Of a stretch of 64,000 nt of DNA, positions 28,951 to 38,139 are shown in pieces. The stretch's first letter is position 1. Every line of letters begins with the position of its first letter. The stretch comes from an uncultured Candidatus Saccharibacteria bacterium (GTDB lineage Bacteria > Patescibacteriota > Minisyncoccia > Phycocordibacterales > Phycocordibacteraceae): NCBI GenBank assembly GCA_964634305.1, contig CAZWLE010000004.1:35059-99058 (forward strand), in the 5' to 3' direction. Under the pieces are notes generated by a model. It worked only from the letters and a program-made list of their open reading frames with translations, did not search any database and had not been told where the DNA came from. Both the position numbers and the translations under genes were made by a program.

Positions 28951-29862
28951 TTATGCCAGCAATGCGTCGAACTCACGTTCGGCGTTGCGGGCAGTTTGTT
29001 CGAGCGTGGCGGCATTTTGTTCGAGCGACTTAATGTTGCCGCTCCACGAGATGGCCCAGTTACAGGCGGTTTGCCTCCGCAAGTAGGCGAGCTCTTCCTC
29101 GAACCGCGTCGCGCGTGACGCGAACGTATCCAGCACGACTTGTGGGAGGCTGCGGGACACGTGCGGCAACCAGCGCGATAATCCTTCGTCCTTTGACTGG
29201 TACGGGCGGTTAGCTAGCACCAGTATGTCCGTTGGATGATAGCGTTCGATGACTGCGCGTGCCGGGAAGGGAAACCCGCCATCGCCGTCCATATACCGAC
29301 GCCCGTTGATGACGACGTCTGCGTGCGAGAGGCCGGGAGCTGCGATAGAGGCGCGCATGGCTTCCACCATGTCCGTCTCTTTCACATCAAGAAAAACACC
29401 TTCGCCTGTTTCGGCACACGTCACGCCTGCGTAGTAGGCAGTTCGCGAGCGACGCACCGCGTCTTGGTCAAGACCAATCTTTCGCGGTGTCTCGCCGCGA
29501 AAGACGGATGCGAGGAAATCGATATCCATCGCGAATCCACCAGTGAGTGCGCGACGAATCGACAGGAATGCTGACGTCACACATTCGTTCCAGTAGACGC
29601 TGATGCCGTCACGGATTTGTCCGGCGCCGCCATAGAGTGTTGGCGGGATGCCGGTAGAGAGCCCAAACGCATAATCGAATGCCGACATGAGGTCGCGGGC
29701 ATAGAGCGCCGCAATCTTGCCGCCGGCGTCGACGCCGCGCATGAGTCCGCTCAAGACGATGAGTGCTGGCCGAATTTCTTCGTGTCGCGCGTCACCTGCC
29801 TTCAGCAGGTCACGTTTCTCAGCAAGACGCGCAAGCGTCTCGGGGTTGCCTTCGAAGAACAT
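28951..29862 (-). CDS. Patatin-like phospholipase
   Basis: Oxyanion loop SGLMRG, nucleophile GLSTG, RAS.A.P, Y.DGDG. Confidence 0.8.
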   Translation of the reverse strand: MFFEGNPETLARLAEKRDLLKAGDARHEEIRPALIVLSGLMRGVDAGGKIAALYARDLMSAFDYAFGLSTGIPPTLYGGAGQIRDGISVYWNECVTSAFLSIRRALTGGFAMDIDFLASVFRGETPRKIGLDQDAVRRSRTAYYAGVTCAETGEGVFLDVKETDMVEAMRASIAAPGLSHADVVINGRRYMDGDGGFPFPARAVIERYHPTDILVLANRPYQSKDEGLSRWLPHVSRSLPQVVLDTFASRATRFEEELAYLRRQTACNWAISWSGNIKSLEQNAATLEQTARNAEREFDALLA

Positions 29863-29945
29863 GAGAAATGCCTTTCGTACTGTTTCTCGTCCCTAACGGT
29901 ATGCAGGGGACATGCGTAAGTCAAATCGGGTGCTATGCTGCCGGC

Positions 29946-30377
29946 ATGGAAACAACACCCAAGAAAGAAGCGTCCTTCGCAGAGCTTCTTATCACGTTCT
30001 GGCTAAGCTCATGGTTTTCGCTCCCACTCATTGTCTTCTTGGTGATTGTGGTCCCTGCAGCCTTTTTTGTGCCTGAACCGTTTCTTACCGGACTCGTGGT
30101 AGTGGTAGGACTCGTAACCCTTTGGTTTAGTCCGCGGTTCGGAGCGCACTACATCAATAAGCGCTATGTGGTACCAGACCACGCCAAGATTCTTAAATGG
30201 ACCCTTATATGGAATGTCGTGTTTTCTGCGCTCGGTATCGTGCTTGCGGTAAATAGTTTTGTTGAGCTGGCATATACCTTTCCAGTAGCAATGCTTGCTA
30301 TGGACGTCGTGTACAACGTGCTTACGGTTGTGGTGATTTACTACGCAAGCAAACGCGCGCTTCTTGGTACGTACTAA
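29946..30377 (+). CDS. 4-TM membrane protein
   Basis: Four hydrophobic helices; TGcTATGCT 6 nt before ATG supports this start. Confidence 0.7.
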   Translation: METTPKKEASFAELLITFWLSSWFSLPLIVFLVIVVPAAFFVPEPFLTGLVVVVGLVTLWFSPRFGAHYINKRYVVPDHAKILKWTLIWNVVFSALGIVLAVNSFVELAYTFPVAMLAMDVVYNVLTVVVIYYASKRALLGTY

Positions 30378-30381
30378 GTAG

Positions 30382-30453
30382 TGCTCCTGGCAGGAATCGA
30401 ACCTGCATCTTCTCCTTCGGAGGGAAATATCCTATCCATTGAACGACAGGAGC
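30382..30453 (-). tRNA. tRNA-Arg(CCG)
   Basis: Reverse complement GCTCCTG...loop CTCCGAA...GGTTCGATTCC...CAGGAGC-A. Confidence 0.93.
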
Positions 30454-30516
30454 GTGGAAGGGTTATAGCATGAACGCTTGCGAAGCAGCCGCCGGAACGA
30501 TAGAGTCACCTCTAAC

Positions 30517-30591
30517 GCTCTCGTCGTTCAATGGATAGGACGCTAGCTTGCGGAGCTGGTAATGTAGGTTCGATTCCTACCGAGAGCACCA
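30517..30591 (+). tRNA. tRNA-Arg(GCG)
   Basis: GCTCTCG/CGAGAGC-ACCA; anticodon arm CTAGC-TTGCGGA-GCTGG. Confidence 0.93.
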
Positions 30592-30594
30592 GAA

Positions 30595-30626
30595 GAGAAC
30601 AGCCGCCTTCGAGGGCGGCTGTTCTC
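30595..30626. terminator. Bidirectional hairpin terminator
   Basis: GAGAACAGCCGCC-ttcgag-GGCGGCTGTTCTC. Confidence 0.75.
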
Positions 30627-30628
30627 CG

Positions 30629-31102
30629 TTAGAGACGGAAGAGGTCGACGACGCGGTCAAAGACAGAGTGTTCGTGCTTGCCGTCAGGAAGATGGAGCGA
30701 CATATATTCGTATACCGCCATAGGGTCCTCTCCAACGATAGGAATAAGAAGATGGGGAGCGAGGAGGTTGCGCGTCTTTACTGAAAGGGAAGGAGGCAAT
30801 GTCTCGTCTATATACTCGAGTACCGAGAAATGCAGCATGCTCTCAAACGGATAGAGATTCTCATCAATCGCAACACCATCTTCGTAGATAGCGAAGCGAT
30901 GGACGCGCGGACGCTTAGCAGCAGCAATCGCTATCGCGCCCGCAGCCGTTGCGATAACAAGCGCGAGCAGAACGTTACCAAAAAGAATCGCAGCAATAGC
31001 AGCAGCGGTTGCAATGATGCCAAGCGCCCAATACCAATCGGCGCCTTTCTCTTCAAAACGATATTCACGTCCTTCCCACGTAAATACAGGAACGCGAGCC
31101 AT
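30629..31102 (-). CDS. Conserved 2-TM protein with PH-like C-domain
   Basis: W...EY...EK..DWYW, two TM, GV.ID...Y.F; TGcTATCAT 6 nt before ATG. Confidence 0.75.
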   Translation of the reverse strand: MARVPVFTWEGREYRFEEKGADWYWALGIIATAAAIAAILFGNVLLALVIATAAGAIAIAAAKRPRVHRFAIYEDGVAIDENLYPFESMLHFSVLEYIDETLPPSLSVKTRNLLAPHLLIPIVGEDPMAVYEYMSLHLPDGKHEHSVFDRVVDLFRL

Positions 31103-31126
31103 GCGTAGATGATAGCACTCGGTAAA

Positions 31127-31157
31127 CACAAAACAGACGCACGTGCGTCTGTTTTGT
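31127..31157 (-). terminator. tRNA-Ser terminator
   Basis: AAAACAGACGC-acgt-GCGTCTGTTTT. Confidence 0.75.
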
Positions 31158-31163
31158 TAGATG

Positions 31164-31248
31164 CGGAGGAGGTGAGATTCGAACTCACGACAGGTTGCCC
31201 CGTGCTTGTTTTCAAGACAAGTGCCTTAGACCACTCGGCCACTCCTCC
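31164..31248 (-). tRNA. tRNA-Ser(TGA)
   Basis: Reverse complement GGAGGAG..., CTTGT-CTTGAAA-ACAAG, long variable arm. Confidence 0.95.
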
Positions 31249-31252
31249 GTTG

Positions 31253-31594
31253 TTATGCGTCTTTGTTTCTGCTCCCCAGGATTGATGAATCAAGCCCGAG
31301 GCGCACCCGCCACTCATGCAACTGGGGGAAGAGATAGGTCGTACCTGCCTGGTTGTTGTCTTTCTGGAACCAGGCAAGGTAGATAATCTCAAGCACTCCC
31401 ACCGTATTGAAGAGCACGAGGGCGATAAACCAGAGTCGCTGCTTGTTGCGCGCCGCGTACCAGAGGCCAAGCGCTTTAAAAGCCAGCGACCAGATACTTA
31501 TAAAGAAGAACAGGATAAAAAGAAAGGCCGCGTCAAAGGTGAACGCGCTGCCGGCGGGGCCGAGGAAGGGGTCCTGAAGGAGGGAGCTCCACAT
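31253..31594 (-). CDS. DUF5652-like small membrane protein
   Basis: WSL.FKAL.LW.AARN.Q..WFI.L...NT.G.LEIIYL. Confidence 0.8.
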   Translation of the reverse strand: MWSSLLQDPFLGPAGSAFTFDAAFLFILFFFISIWSLAFKALGLWYAARNKQRLWFIALVLFNTVGVLEIIYLAWFQKDNNQAGTTYLFPQLHEWRVRLGLDSSILGSRNKDA

Positions 31595-31631
31595 ATATAG
31601 GGAGAGTAGCACATAGTATAGGATAGGGGAG

Positions 31632-32024
31632 ATGCGCTATCTCGGTATCGACTACGGCTCAGGCAAGGTGGGTCTCGCGCTCTCTGATGAAGCAGGGAGC
31701 ATGGGGTTCCCTAAAGAAACGGTACGCAATGACGTAAAGCTCATAGAGTATGTCCGGACGCTTGCTGCTAAGGAAGATGTAGGGGCGGTCGTGATAGGGG
31801 AGTCGCGGATGCTCGACGGCACTGAAAATCCTATTGCCGCAAAAGCGCGCGCATTTGGCGCGCAGCTCTCGGAAGAGAGTGGGTTGCCGGTCTATTACGA
31901 GAGCGAGGTGCTCACGACCCAAGAAGCACGTCGTGCACCGGACGGCACGCGCGGAAGTGGTGATGTAGATGCGTCCGCTGCGGCGCTTATCCTTACTAGT
32001 TATCTTTCTCGAAGCCATGAGTGA
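31632..32024 (+). CDS. ruvX: RuvX/YqgF pre-16S rRNA nuclease
   Basis: MRYLGIDYG..KVGLALSD, E.LTT.EA, VD..AA.LIL.SYL. Confidence 0.95.
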   Translation: MRYLGIDYGSGKVGLALSDEAGSMGFPKETVRNDVKLIEYVRTLAAKEDVGAVVIGESRMLDGTENPIAAKARAFGAQLSEESGLPVYYESEVLTTQEARRAPDGTRGSGDVDASAAALILTSYLSRSHE

Positions 32025-32358
32025 TGAACGTATTTCTATAGACGACCTTTCAAAGGTTGAAGTGAGTATTGGCACCGTCAAAGCGGCTGAACGTGTGCCA
32101 GAGACCGACAAGCTTATTAAATGTCTCGTCGATTTTGGGGAAGAGAGCGGGCCACGCACGATTGTGTCCGGCATCGCGCTTTATGTGCCTGAACCAGAAA
32201 CCCTTATCGGTCGTCAGTTGGCGTACGTCACGAACCTCGCGCCAAGAACCATCAAAGGCATTGAATCAAACGGTATGCTCTTTGCGGTTGGCTCTGGCGA
32301 CACGTTTGCCTTTCTCACGCCGGATAGACCGGTACCACCAGGTACGGGCGCTCATTAA
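32017..32358 (+). CDS. Stand-alone tRNA-binding OB-fold (Trbp111/CsaA/MetRS C-terminal-like)
   Basis: I.IDD..K.E..IG.V..AE.VP..DKL, R.IVSGI, NL.PR...GIES.GM. Confidence 0.9.
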   Translation: MSDERISIDDLSKVEVSIGTVKAAERVPETDKLIKCLVDFGEESGPRTIVSGIALYVPEPETLIGRQLAYVTNLAPRTIKGIESNGMLFAVGSGDTFAFLTPDRPVPPGTGAH

Positions 32359-32385
32359 CGAGTAACAGGAGGGTATACTCTACGC

Positions 32386-33468
32386 ATGACCGCTCTTTCG
32401 CGCGTTCTTCGCGTCGAATTTCCACCACCCTCATATCTTGCGCCTGCAACGGCAGGTATCGATATCTCCACGAGTGGTATCAAGATTGCAAAACTCGTTG
32501 AAAAAGCACACGGCCTTGAGCTCGCTGATTATGCAGAGCTTCCCCTTCCGACCGGTACGGTCGTTGATGGTGAGATTCGTGACCCTGCAGCGGTAGTGCA
32601 AGGGTTGAAAGAACTCGCCGCAAAGCATCACCTTAAAGTCGCGAGCATCGCACTCCCAGAATCCCGAGGCTATCTCTTTGAAGCGGAAGCTGAGGGTGCC
32701 TCCATGGACGAGGCGAAAGTCGCTATCGAGCGCCGCCTCGATGAATATGTGCCACTTCCTGCAAATGATGTCGCGTTTGCGATTGCACCGCTCCCTAAAA
32801 AGGACGCGACACAGCATGTGGTGGGGGTAGGGTACGCGCGTCGTGTCGTTGACGATTCTCTTGCTGCACTCGATGAAGCGGGGATACGTGCACGTGCGAT
32901 TGAAAGTGAGACCTTTGCACTGCCCCGTGCACTTCTCCCACACGGAAACAACGAGACGGTACTCATTATTGATATCGGTAAGACAACGACGAAACTCTTA
33001 GTGGCCACGAGTCGTCTGCCACGATACGTCACCACGCTTGATATTGGTGGTCACGCACTCACGCTTGCCGTAGAGAAACACTTTGGGGTGTCAGAAGAAG
33101 AAGCAAAGCGTGTGAAAGCAGAGCGCGGTATCGTGCCTGGTTCTGGTAACGAAGAGTATCTTGCGGCGATGCTTTCAACCGTGTCGGTGATACGCGATGA
33201 AATCGCCAAGCGTCTTGAGTACTGGCAGTCGCGTCCTGAGACCACCGCCGGAAACGATGCTGTAACGCGCGCGATACTTGTTGGTGGTAATGCAACGGTA
33301 CTTGGTCTTCCTGAGTATTTGCAGACGTCATTGAAAGTCCCCGTAGAACTTGGGGATGTGTTTGCTAACTTTGCGCCGCGTGAGATATGGCTTCCACCGC
33401 TTGAGTACACCGAGTCACTCGCGTACGGCACGGCGATAGGCCTCGCGCTTCGAGACTATGTCAACTGA
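32386..33468 (+). CDS. pilM: Type IV pilus assembly protein PilM
   Basis: GIDIS...IK, G.V.DGEI.D, IIDIG..TT, GG..LT, LVGG.A...GL; actin-like fold. Confidence 0.9.
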   Translation: MTALSRVLRVEFPPPSYLAPATAGIDISTSGIKIAKLVEKAHGLELADYAELPLPTGTVVDGEIRDPAAVVQGLKELAAKHHLKVASIALPESRGYLFEAEAEGASMDEAKVAIERRLDEYVPLPANDVAFAIAPLPKKDATQHVVGVGYARRVVDDSLAALDEAGIRARAIESETFALPRALLPHGNNETVLIIDIGKTTTKLLVATSRLPRYVTTLDIGGHALTLAVEKHFGVSEEEAKRVKAERGIVPGSGNEEYLAAMLSTVSVIRDEIAKRLEYWQSRPETTAGNDAVTRAILVGGNATVLGLPEYLQTSLKVPVELGDVFANFAPREIWLPPLEYTESLAYGTAIGLALRDYVN

Positions 33469-34009
33469 ACTTACTAATCTTTTGCCTCACGCACGACAGC
33501 TCACGGAGAAGCGTGAGTATCTTGTACGTCTTGCGACGCTTTCCTGCATAGTGGCGACGTTTGTCGTAGTGGTGCACGGGGCACTATTGGTACCGTCGTA
33601 TCTGTATCTCTCTGAACAGGTTGGTCTCGAGCGTGCACGTATTGCTGAACTCGACGCGGCGCTCGCGCTAAGTGGGGAAGGGGAACTCTCAACGCGTGTC
33701 AGCACCTTGAAAGCGGATGCGGCGCGGTTGAGTGCGGTGAGCACCTCACCTGCAGCAACGACGGTGCTGCGTGCAGTCCTCGCACTTCCCTCAAATGGCA
33801 TTACGCTTTCTGCATTCACGTTCCATGCGCCACCTGAAGGACGTATCTCGGTAACTGGAACGGCTGCGACGCGTGAGTCACTTCGTCAGTACGCTGCAGC
33901 ACTCGAAACGCTTACATTCGCAGAGAGTACCGACTTACCACTCTCGGCTTATGCACGGGAGAGTGATATTCCATTTACGATTACGCTCACCGGTCCTCTT
34001 ACGCCATGA
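33458..34009 (+). CDS. pilN: PilN-like protein
   Basis: N-terminal TNLLP PilM-binding motif, TM, I.V.G.A.TR..L. Confidence 0.8.
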   Translation: MSTELTNLLPHARQLTEKREYLVRLATLSCIVATFVVVVHGALLVPSYLYLSEQVGLERARIAELDAALALSGEGELSTRVSTLKADAARLSAVSTSPAATTVLRAVLALPSNGITLSAFTFHAPPEGRISVTGTAATRESLRQYAAALETLTFAESTDLPLSAYARESDIPFTITLTGPLTP

Positions 34010-34521
34010 ACACGTCTTTCATACATCTAGGCATTGCTGCACTAGTACTCGTGCTTGCTGCGGGCGGGTACGCACTTGGCTTTCACATGGTGTCTGAAGC
34101 AAAGGCGGAAGCTACGACGCTTGCAGGAGAAATAGCGGCTAAAGAAGCAGCGCAGGCACGCGGCGCAGGCGCACGCGCACGCTTGCTTGAGGTGGCGTCA
34201 GACGAAACATTCCTCGCGTCGCACTTTGTCGCCACTGCTGACATCGTGTCGTTTCTTGAGGACCTTGAAGGTGCAGGAGATGCGTTTGGGGCAGTAGTAT
34301 CTGTCGCGTCAGTATCAGGAGACGAAGCGAATCAGGGAGGACGCATCACGCTCTCGCTTTCTATTCGTGGTTCATTCGATGCGGTCATGCGTACACTTGG
34401 GGTGCTTGAACACGGACGCTATGTTCTCTCGTCTCGCGACTTGGTGTGGAGCGGTGGCGCAGAAGGAGAGTGGGCGGTGACCGGCACGTTCGTTGCAGAA
34501 ACTAAAACCACTACACCATGA
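34006..34521 (+). CDS. pilO: PilO-like protein
   Basis: TM, coiled coil, GSFD.VM..L..LE; follows pilMN. Confidence 0.65.
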   Translation: MNTSFIHLGIAALVLVLAAGGYALGFHMVSEAKAEATTLAGEIAAKEAAQARGAGARARLLEVASDETFLASHFVATADIVSFLEDLEGAGDAFGAVVSVASVSGDEANQGGRITLSLSIRGSFDAVMRTLGVLEHGRYVLSSRDLVWSGGAEGEWAVTGTFVAETKTTTP

Positions 34522-34823
34522 CCTTGCCTCCAGCCCTACAAAAGATTTTGAAGAAACTGCGGCTTGGCGGCCACAGCGGACACGCTGACCCGGCACGTGA
34601 CTGGGCACTCCTTCTCTCTCTTGCACTCGTAGTCATCATTGCAAGCGTTGCGTGGAATGTGTGGTTCTTCTTTGAAGTATTGAACGCGCAGCCAGTCGTT
34701 GAAGCGCCTGCGACCGAGGAAGAAACAGATACGGTGGCGCCCCTACGAACACTCTTCGAAGAGCGAGCAGCAGAGGAAGCCCGCTATCGAAACGAGTATC
34801 GTTTCGTTGACCCGGGCAACTAA
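34518..34823 (+). CDS. Small single-TM protein ending the pilMNO operon
   Basis: P.RDW motif, TM, C-terminal DP; ATGA overlap. Confidence 0.7.
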   Translation: MTLPPALQKILKKLRLGGHSGHADPARDWALLLSLALVVIIASVAWNVWFFFEVLNAQPVVEAPATEEETDTVAPLRTLFEERAAEEARYRNEYRFVDPGN

Positions 34824-34841
34824 GGCGGATAGGCTACAGGG

Positions 34842-34913
34842 GCCTCCATAGCTCAATGGATAGAGCTGCGGACTTCTAAGCCGTCGATGTTGGTTCGATT
34901 CCAGCTGGAGGCA
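34842..34913 (+). tRNA. tRNA-Arg(TCT)
   Basis: GCCTCCA/TGGAGGC-A, loop CTTCTAA, GGTTCGATTCC. Confidence 0.92.
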
Positions 34914-34928
34914 CAAGCAGAGATGAAT

Positions 34929-35013
34929 GGGCATGTGGCGGAATTGGTATACGCGTACGTCTCAGAAGCGTATGGAGCAATCCTTGGAGGTTCGAGTCCT
35001 CTCATGCCCACCA
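34929..35013 (+). tRNA. tRNA-Leu(CAG)
   Basis: GGGCATG/CATGCCC-ACCA, loop CTCAGAA, variable arm. Confidence 0.95.
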
Positions 35014-35015
35014 GA

Positions 35016-35050
35016 TAGAAAAACCGAATGTTCTGCGTTCGGTTTTTCTA
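35016..35050 (+). terminator. tRNA operon terminator
   Basis: TAGAAAAACCGAA-(9)-TTCGGTTTTTCTA. Confidence 0.7.
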
Positions 35051-35095
35051 TACATGACGCGCTTCTCTCGTATTAGCCGATGCTACACTCTCTGT

Positions 35096-36895
35096 ATGAG
35101 TGAGCGGTACGAAGCGCCGAAGAGTAGAAGTGAATACAAAGAGCCCGCTGGTTTCTATGACTATGCGACGCAAACTGCGCGCATCCGCACTGAGTTGCTG
35201 TGGAAACAAATTCAACTAGCAGCGGCAAAAGCACCTCTTGCATACGACAAGATGATAGATAGAGGTGCACTTACCAAAAACCAACTTGAGAGTGCCGAAC
35301 ATAATCTTCTTCGAAATGCGAAGAAGCCTGATGGGTATATCACTCCTCGGGATGTTGCGAAGAGAGAACGGATTGCTGGATATGTTGATGCCAGGGATGC
35401 GCGTGTGGGAACTGATAAGACCCGAGAACTTTCAGCGTATCTTCGTTCAACTGCTGAGCTCTATAGAGCAAACGTAGACCATCTTGCGAAAGATTTCGAC
35501 CATACGCTCGTCATCCCTACCGTGCTTACGGAAGTAGAACAACAAGTTGATAGAGCGTTTCTGCCACAAGAGCTCGAAGCATCTAAAACTCTCAGGGCAT
35601 TTGTTAGCGAGTTTAAGGATAAGATGGCCAAGTCACGTGCTCAGTTTGCATCGGTCATTGCTGCATATCCCACCGATATGCGCTCTTCGGAATATGACGA
35701 TAAGAAGAAAGAGACGCAAATAATGCGAGACAGCAAACGGTCAAAGGCCATGCTGACTTCAATCTCATCTTTGTCTAAAGAAATGCAGGGAGTAGATACC
35801 ATATACGAAGACATTATTACTCGCCTCAGTGCTGCAGAGACAAAGGCGCGCAAGAAACCGCAACCTTCTGAAGAAACCGTGCCACTCTCTGCACAGACAC
35901 GTGCAGCATCGGGCGCGCTTGATGCTCTTCCGGATGCGGAAGTACGCTCACTTACTCGTTTTAAAAATCTGTTGCAACAGGAGCGGATTAATAATATCCG
36001 TCAGTACGCCATTACGTACAAAGAACTGATTCGAGCATTCGAAACACACATCAAGACTGGCAAGAAACTGCGCGCGGCAGAAATACATCTTGGCAGAATG
36101 TTAGCGGTCCGTACGGGTCTGCATGCCCAGAGAGAATCAAAGCGGGACAAGATAGGTGAACTTATGCAAGTCGAAGGTGCGTGGTTGAGTCAGAAAGCAA
36201 ATCAGCGCAATGGGCAGGATGATTTTGTTGGTGCATATCTAGGAAACCTGAATGGCCATACTCCTCCCGTTGAAAAAGCGAACAATGGGTGGAGCTTAGG
36301 TTTAGAAGAAATAGGAAAGCGACCAGAAAATGACATCGTTGACATAGTGATGGGCATGCGAAATCGCGCGTTGCTTCCAGAAGACCTAGTTGAGGAAGGG
36401 GAAGAACCAGTTGAATCTGATGAAGATATAGAAACGGCTGAACCGACGCTGGAGGTAATAGATACGCCAACAGAGCCAAAACGTCCACAACCACCCGTCA
36501 AACAGAATGAGCCTATACCGGTAGAACTGGCGCCTATAGTCGCTGAATCAGCCAAGGAAGAATCGAAACCTAAGGTTCTAGTTCCGAAACCAGCAGAGAA
36601 AAAGAAAGGAAACAAAGAAAAAACAGCTAATCTAGAGAAGAAACGAAAGATACTGCGAGGAGTAATAGGGAAACTAAAGGAAGAAAAACTTCCCAAGCCA
36701 AGATCTAGAAATTCATGGGCTGAGGTTGTTAACGCTTTCAAAAAGGAAAAATTGCCTGAAGAAGCGATGCAAGCGGTACAAGAATATATCAATAGTCAGG
36801 AAGCTCTTCGACAAGGACTTAACATCAAATTTGGTCCAAACGGTCGTAAGTTTCTCATTGATGTATTAGAACAGGTCGAGCAAACGCTCGTATAG
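35096..36895 (+). CDS. Large charged helical orphan protein (599 aa)
   Basis: Long ORF, A-rich codon usage, E/P/K linker near C-terminus; TGcTACACT 6 nt before ATG (MSERY). Confidence 0.75.
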   Translation: MSERYEAPKSRSEYKEPAGFYDYATQTARIRTELLWKQIQLAAAKAPLAYDKMIDRGALTKNQLESAEHNLLRNAKKPDGYITPRDVAKRERIAGYVDARDARVGTDKTRELSAYLRSTAELYRANVDHLAKDFDHTLVIPTVLTEVEQQVDRAFLPQELEASKTLRAFVSEFKDKMAKSRAQFASVIAAYPTDMRSSEYDDKKKETQIMRDSKRSKAMLTSISSLSKEMQGVDTIYEDIITRLSAAETKARKKPQPSEETVPLSAQTRAASGALDALPDAEVRSLTRFKNLLQQERINNIRQYAITYKELIRAFETHIKTGKKLRAAEIHLGRMLAVRTGLHAQRESKRDKIGELMQVEGAWLSQKANQRNGQDDFVGAYLGNLNGHTPPVEKANNGWSLGLEEIGKRPENDIVDIVMGMRNRALLPEDLVEEGEEPVESDEDIETAEPTLEVIDTPTEPKRPQPPVKQNEPIPVELAPIVAESAKEESKPKVLVPKPAEKKKGNKEKTANLEKKRKILRGVIGKLKEEKLPKPRSRNSWAEVVNAFKKEKLPEEAMQAVQEYINSQEALRQGLNIKFGPNGRKFLIDVLEQVEQTLV

Positions 36896-36912
36896 CCAGA
36901 TAGTGATTTGAA

Positions 36913-36946
36913 AACAGAACCCAGACACGAGTGTCTGGGTTCTGTT
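36913..36946. terminator. Bidirectional hairpin terminator
   Basis: AACAGAACCCAGACAC-ga-GTGTCTGGGTTCTGTT. Confidence 0.75.
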
Positions 36947-36949
36947 GTT

Positions 36950-37025
36950 TGGTGCGCGCTGAGGGACTCGAACCCCCGACCATCCCGGTGTAAACGGGGT
37001 GCTCTACCAACTGAGCTAAGCGCGC
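36950..37025 (-). tRNA. tRNA-Val(TAC)
   Basis: Reverse complement GCGCGCT...loop TTTACAC...AGCGCGC-ACCA. Confidence 0.95.
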
Positions 37026-37064
37026 GTAGAGAGACCATACCGCAAACACGGTATAGTGAAAAGT

Positions 37065-37337
37065 ATGGAGCGTCTCGAAGCCTCGGTCTCGGGAAGGGTG
37101 CAGGTAGTCATGTATAGGGACTTTACCTGTCGCAATGCCCGGGCACTTGGCCTTGTGGGGACCGTCAAAAACGAGAAAGACGGGACGGTGACGGTCGTAG
37201 CAGAGGGGGATCGCTCGAAACTCGACGAGTTGGCGCTTCGGCTCTGGAAGGGACCGCTGCTAGCGAAGGTCGATATGGTGAAAACATCTTTCTCATCTGC
37301 AACAGGTGAGTTTGAGAAATTTCGTATCGTCTATTGA
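37065..37337 (+). CDS. acyP: Acylphosphatase
   Basis: VSGRVQ.V.YR, G.VKN..DG.V.VVAEG, GP..A.V, F.I.Y. Confidence 0.9.
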   Translation: MERLEASVSGRVQVVMYRDFTCRNARALGLVGTVKNEKDGTVTVVAEGDRSKLDELALRLWKGPLLAKVDMVKTSFSSATGEFEKFRIVY

Positions 37338-37368
37338 GCCGTAGCGGCATACAAGGTACGGTACGCAC

Positions 37369-38112
37369 ATGGAACTCCCCATCATCTATGAAGACGACGA
37401 CATCGTCGCGGTTGATAAGCCCGCGGGCGTCATGGTGCATGCGGATGGTCGTTCAACAGAAGAGACCGCAAGCGATTGGTTTGCAGCACACTACCCAGCG
37501 AGCGCTGAGGTAGGGGAGACGCAGCGGTTGCAGGACGGCACTGAGGTGAAGCGTCCCGGCGTGGTGCATCGACTCGACCGAGATACGTCGGGGGTGCTCG
37601 TGTTTGCGAAGACACAGGAAGCCCATGCATTTTTGAAAGCAGCCTTTCAGGCGCGAGAGGCACACAAAACCTACTTGGCGTTTGTGTATGGCACGCTGAC
37701 AGAACCGAAAGGCGTTATTGAATTTTCAATCGGACGTTCACGTAAGGATTTCCGCCTCCGTTCCGCTCAGCCAAAAGCAAAAGGGACGCTCCGTGAAGCC
37801 ATTACTCGCTATGAGGTGCTCGCTGAGGATAAGGAAGGGAAGTACACCCTTCTTAAGGTAATGCCGGAGACAGGACGCACGCATCAGATACGCGTTCACT
37901 TGAAGGCGATTCATCATCCCGTGGTCGCAGACCCGCTCTACGCTCCAGGCCGAGACAACACCCTGCGGCTCCCGCACCTCGCGCTTCACGCCTTCCGGCT
38001 CGATATCCCGCTGCCGTCAGGAGAGCGGAAAACCCTAGAGGCGCCCTTCCCAGAGGACCTCGCCCCGGGCCTCGCGGCGTTCCCGGACCCCGGCATCGTT
38101 GCCTCCCTGTAG
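37369..38112 (+). CDS. RluA/RluD-family pseudouridine synthase (no S4 domain)
   Basis: VDKPAG..VH, HRLDRDTSG, TGRTHQIRVH, LHA. Confidence 0.95.
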   Translation: MELPIIYEDDDIVAVDKPAGVMVHADGRSTEETASDWFAAHYPASAEVGETQRLQDGTEVKRPGVVHRLDRDTSGVLVFAKTQEAHAFLKAAFQAREAHKTYLAFVYGTLTEPKGVIEFSIGRSRKDFRLRSAQPKAKGTLREAITRYEVLAEDKEGKYTLLKVMPETGRTHQIRVHLKAIHHPVVADPLYAPGRDNTLRLPHLALHAFRLDIPLPSGERKTLEAPFPEDLAPGLAAFPDPGIVASL

Positions 38113-38139
38113 ACTGCGTGCTAGAGTACGCCAACTTAT

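Noticed and set aside
35014-36949. Integrated element between tRNA-Leu and tRNA-Val
   Set aside because: No integrase and no duplicated tRNA 3' end visible; kept only as an orphan islet.
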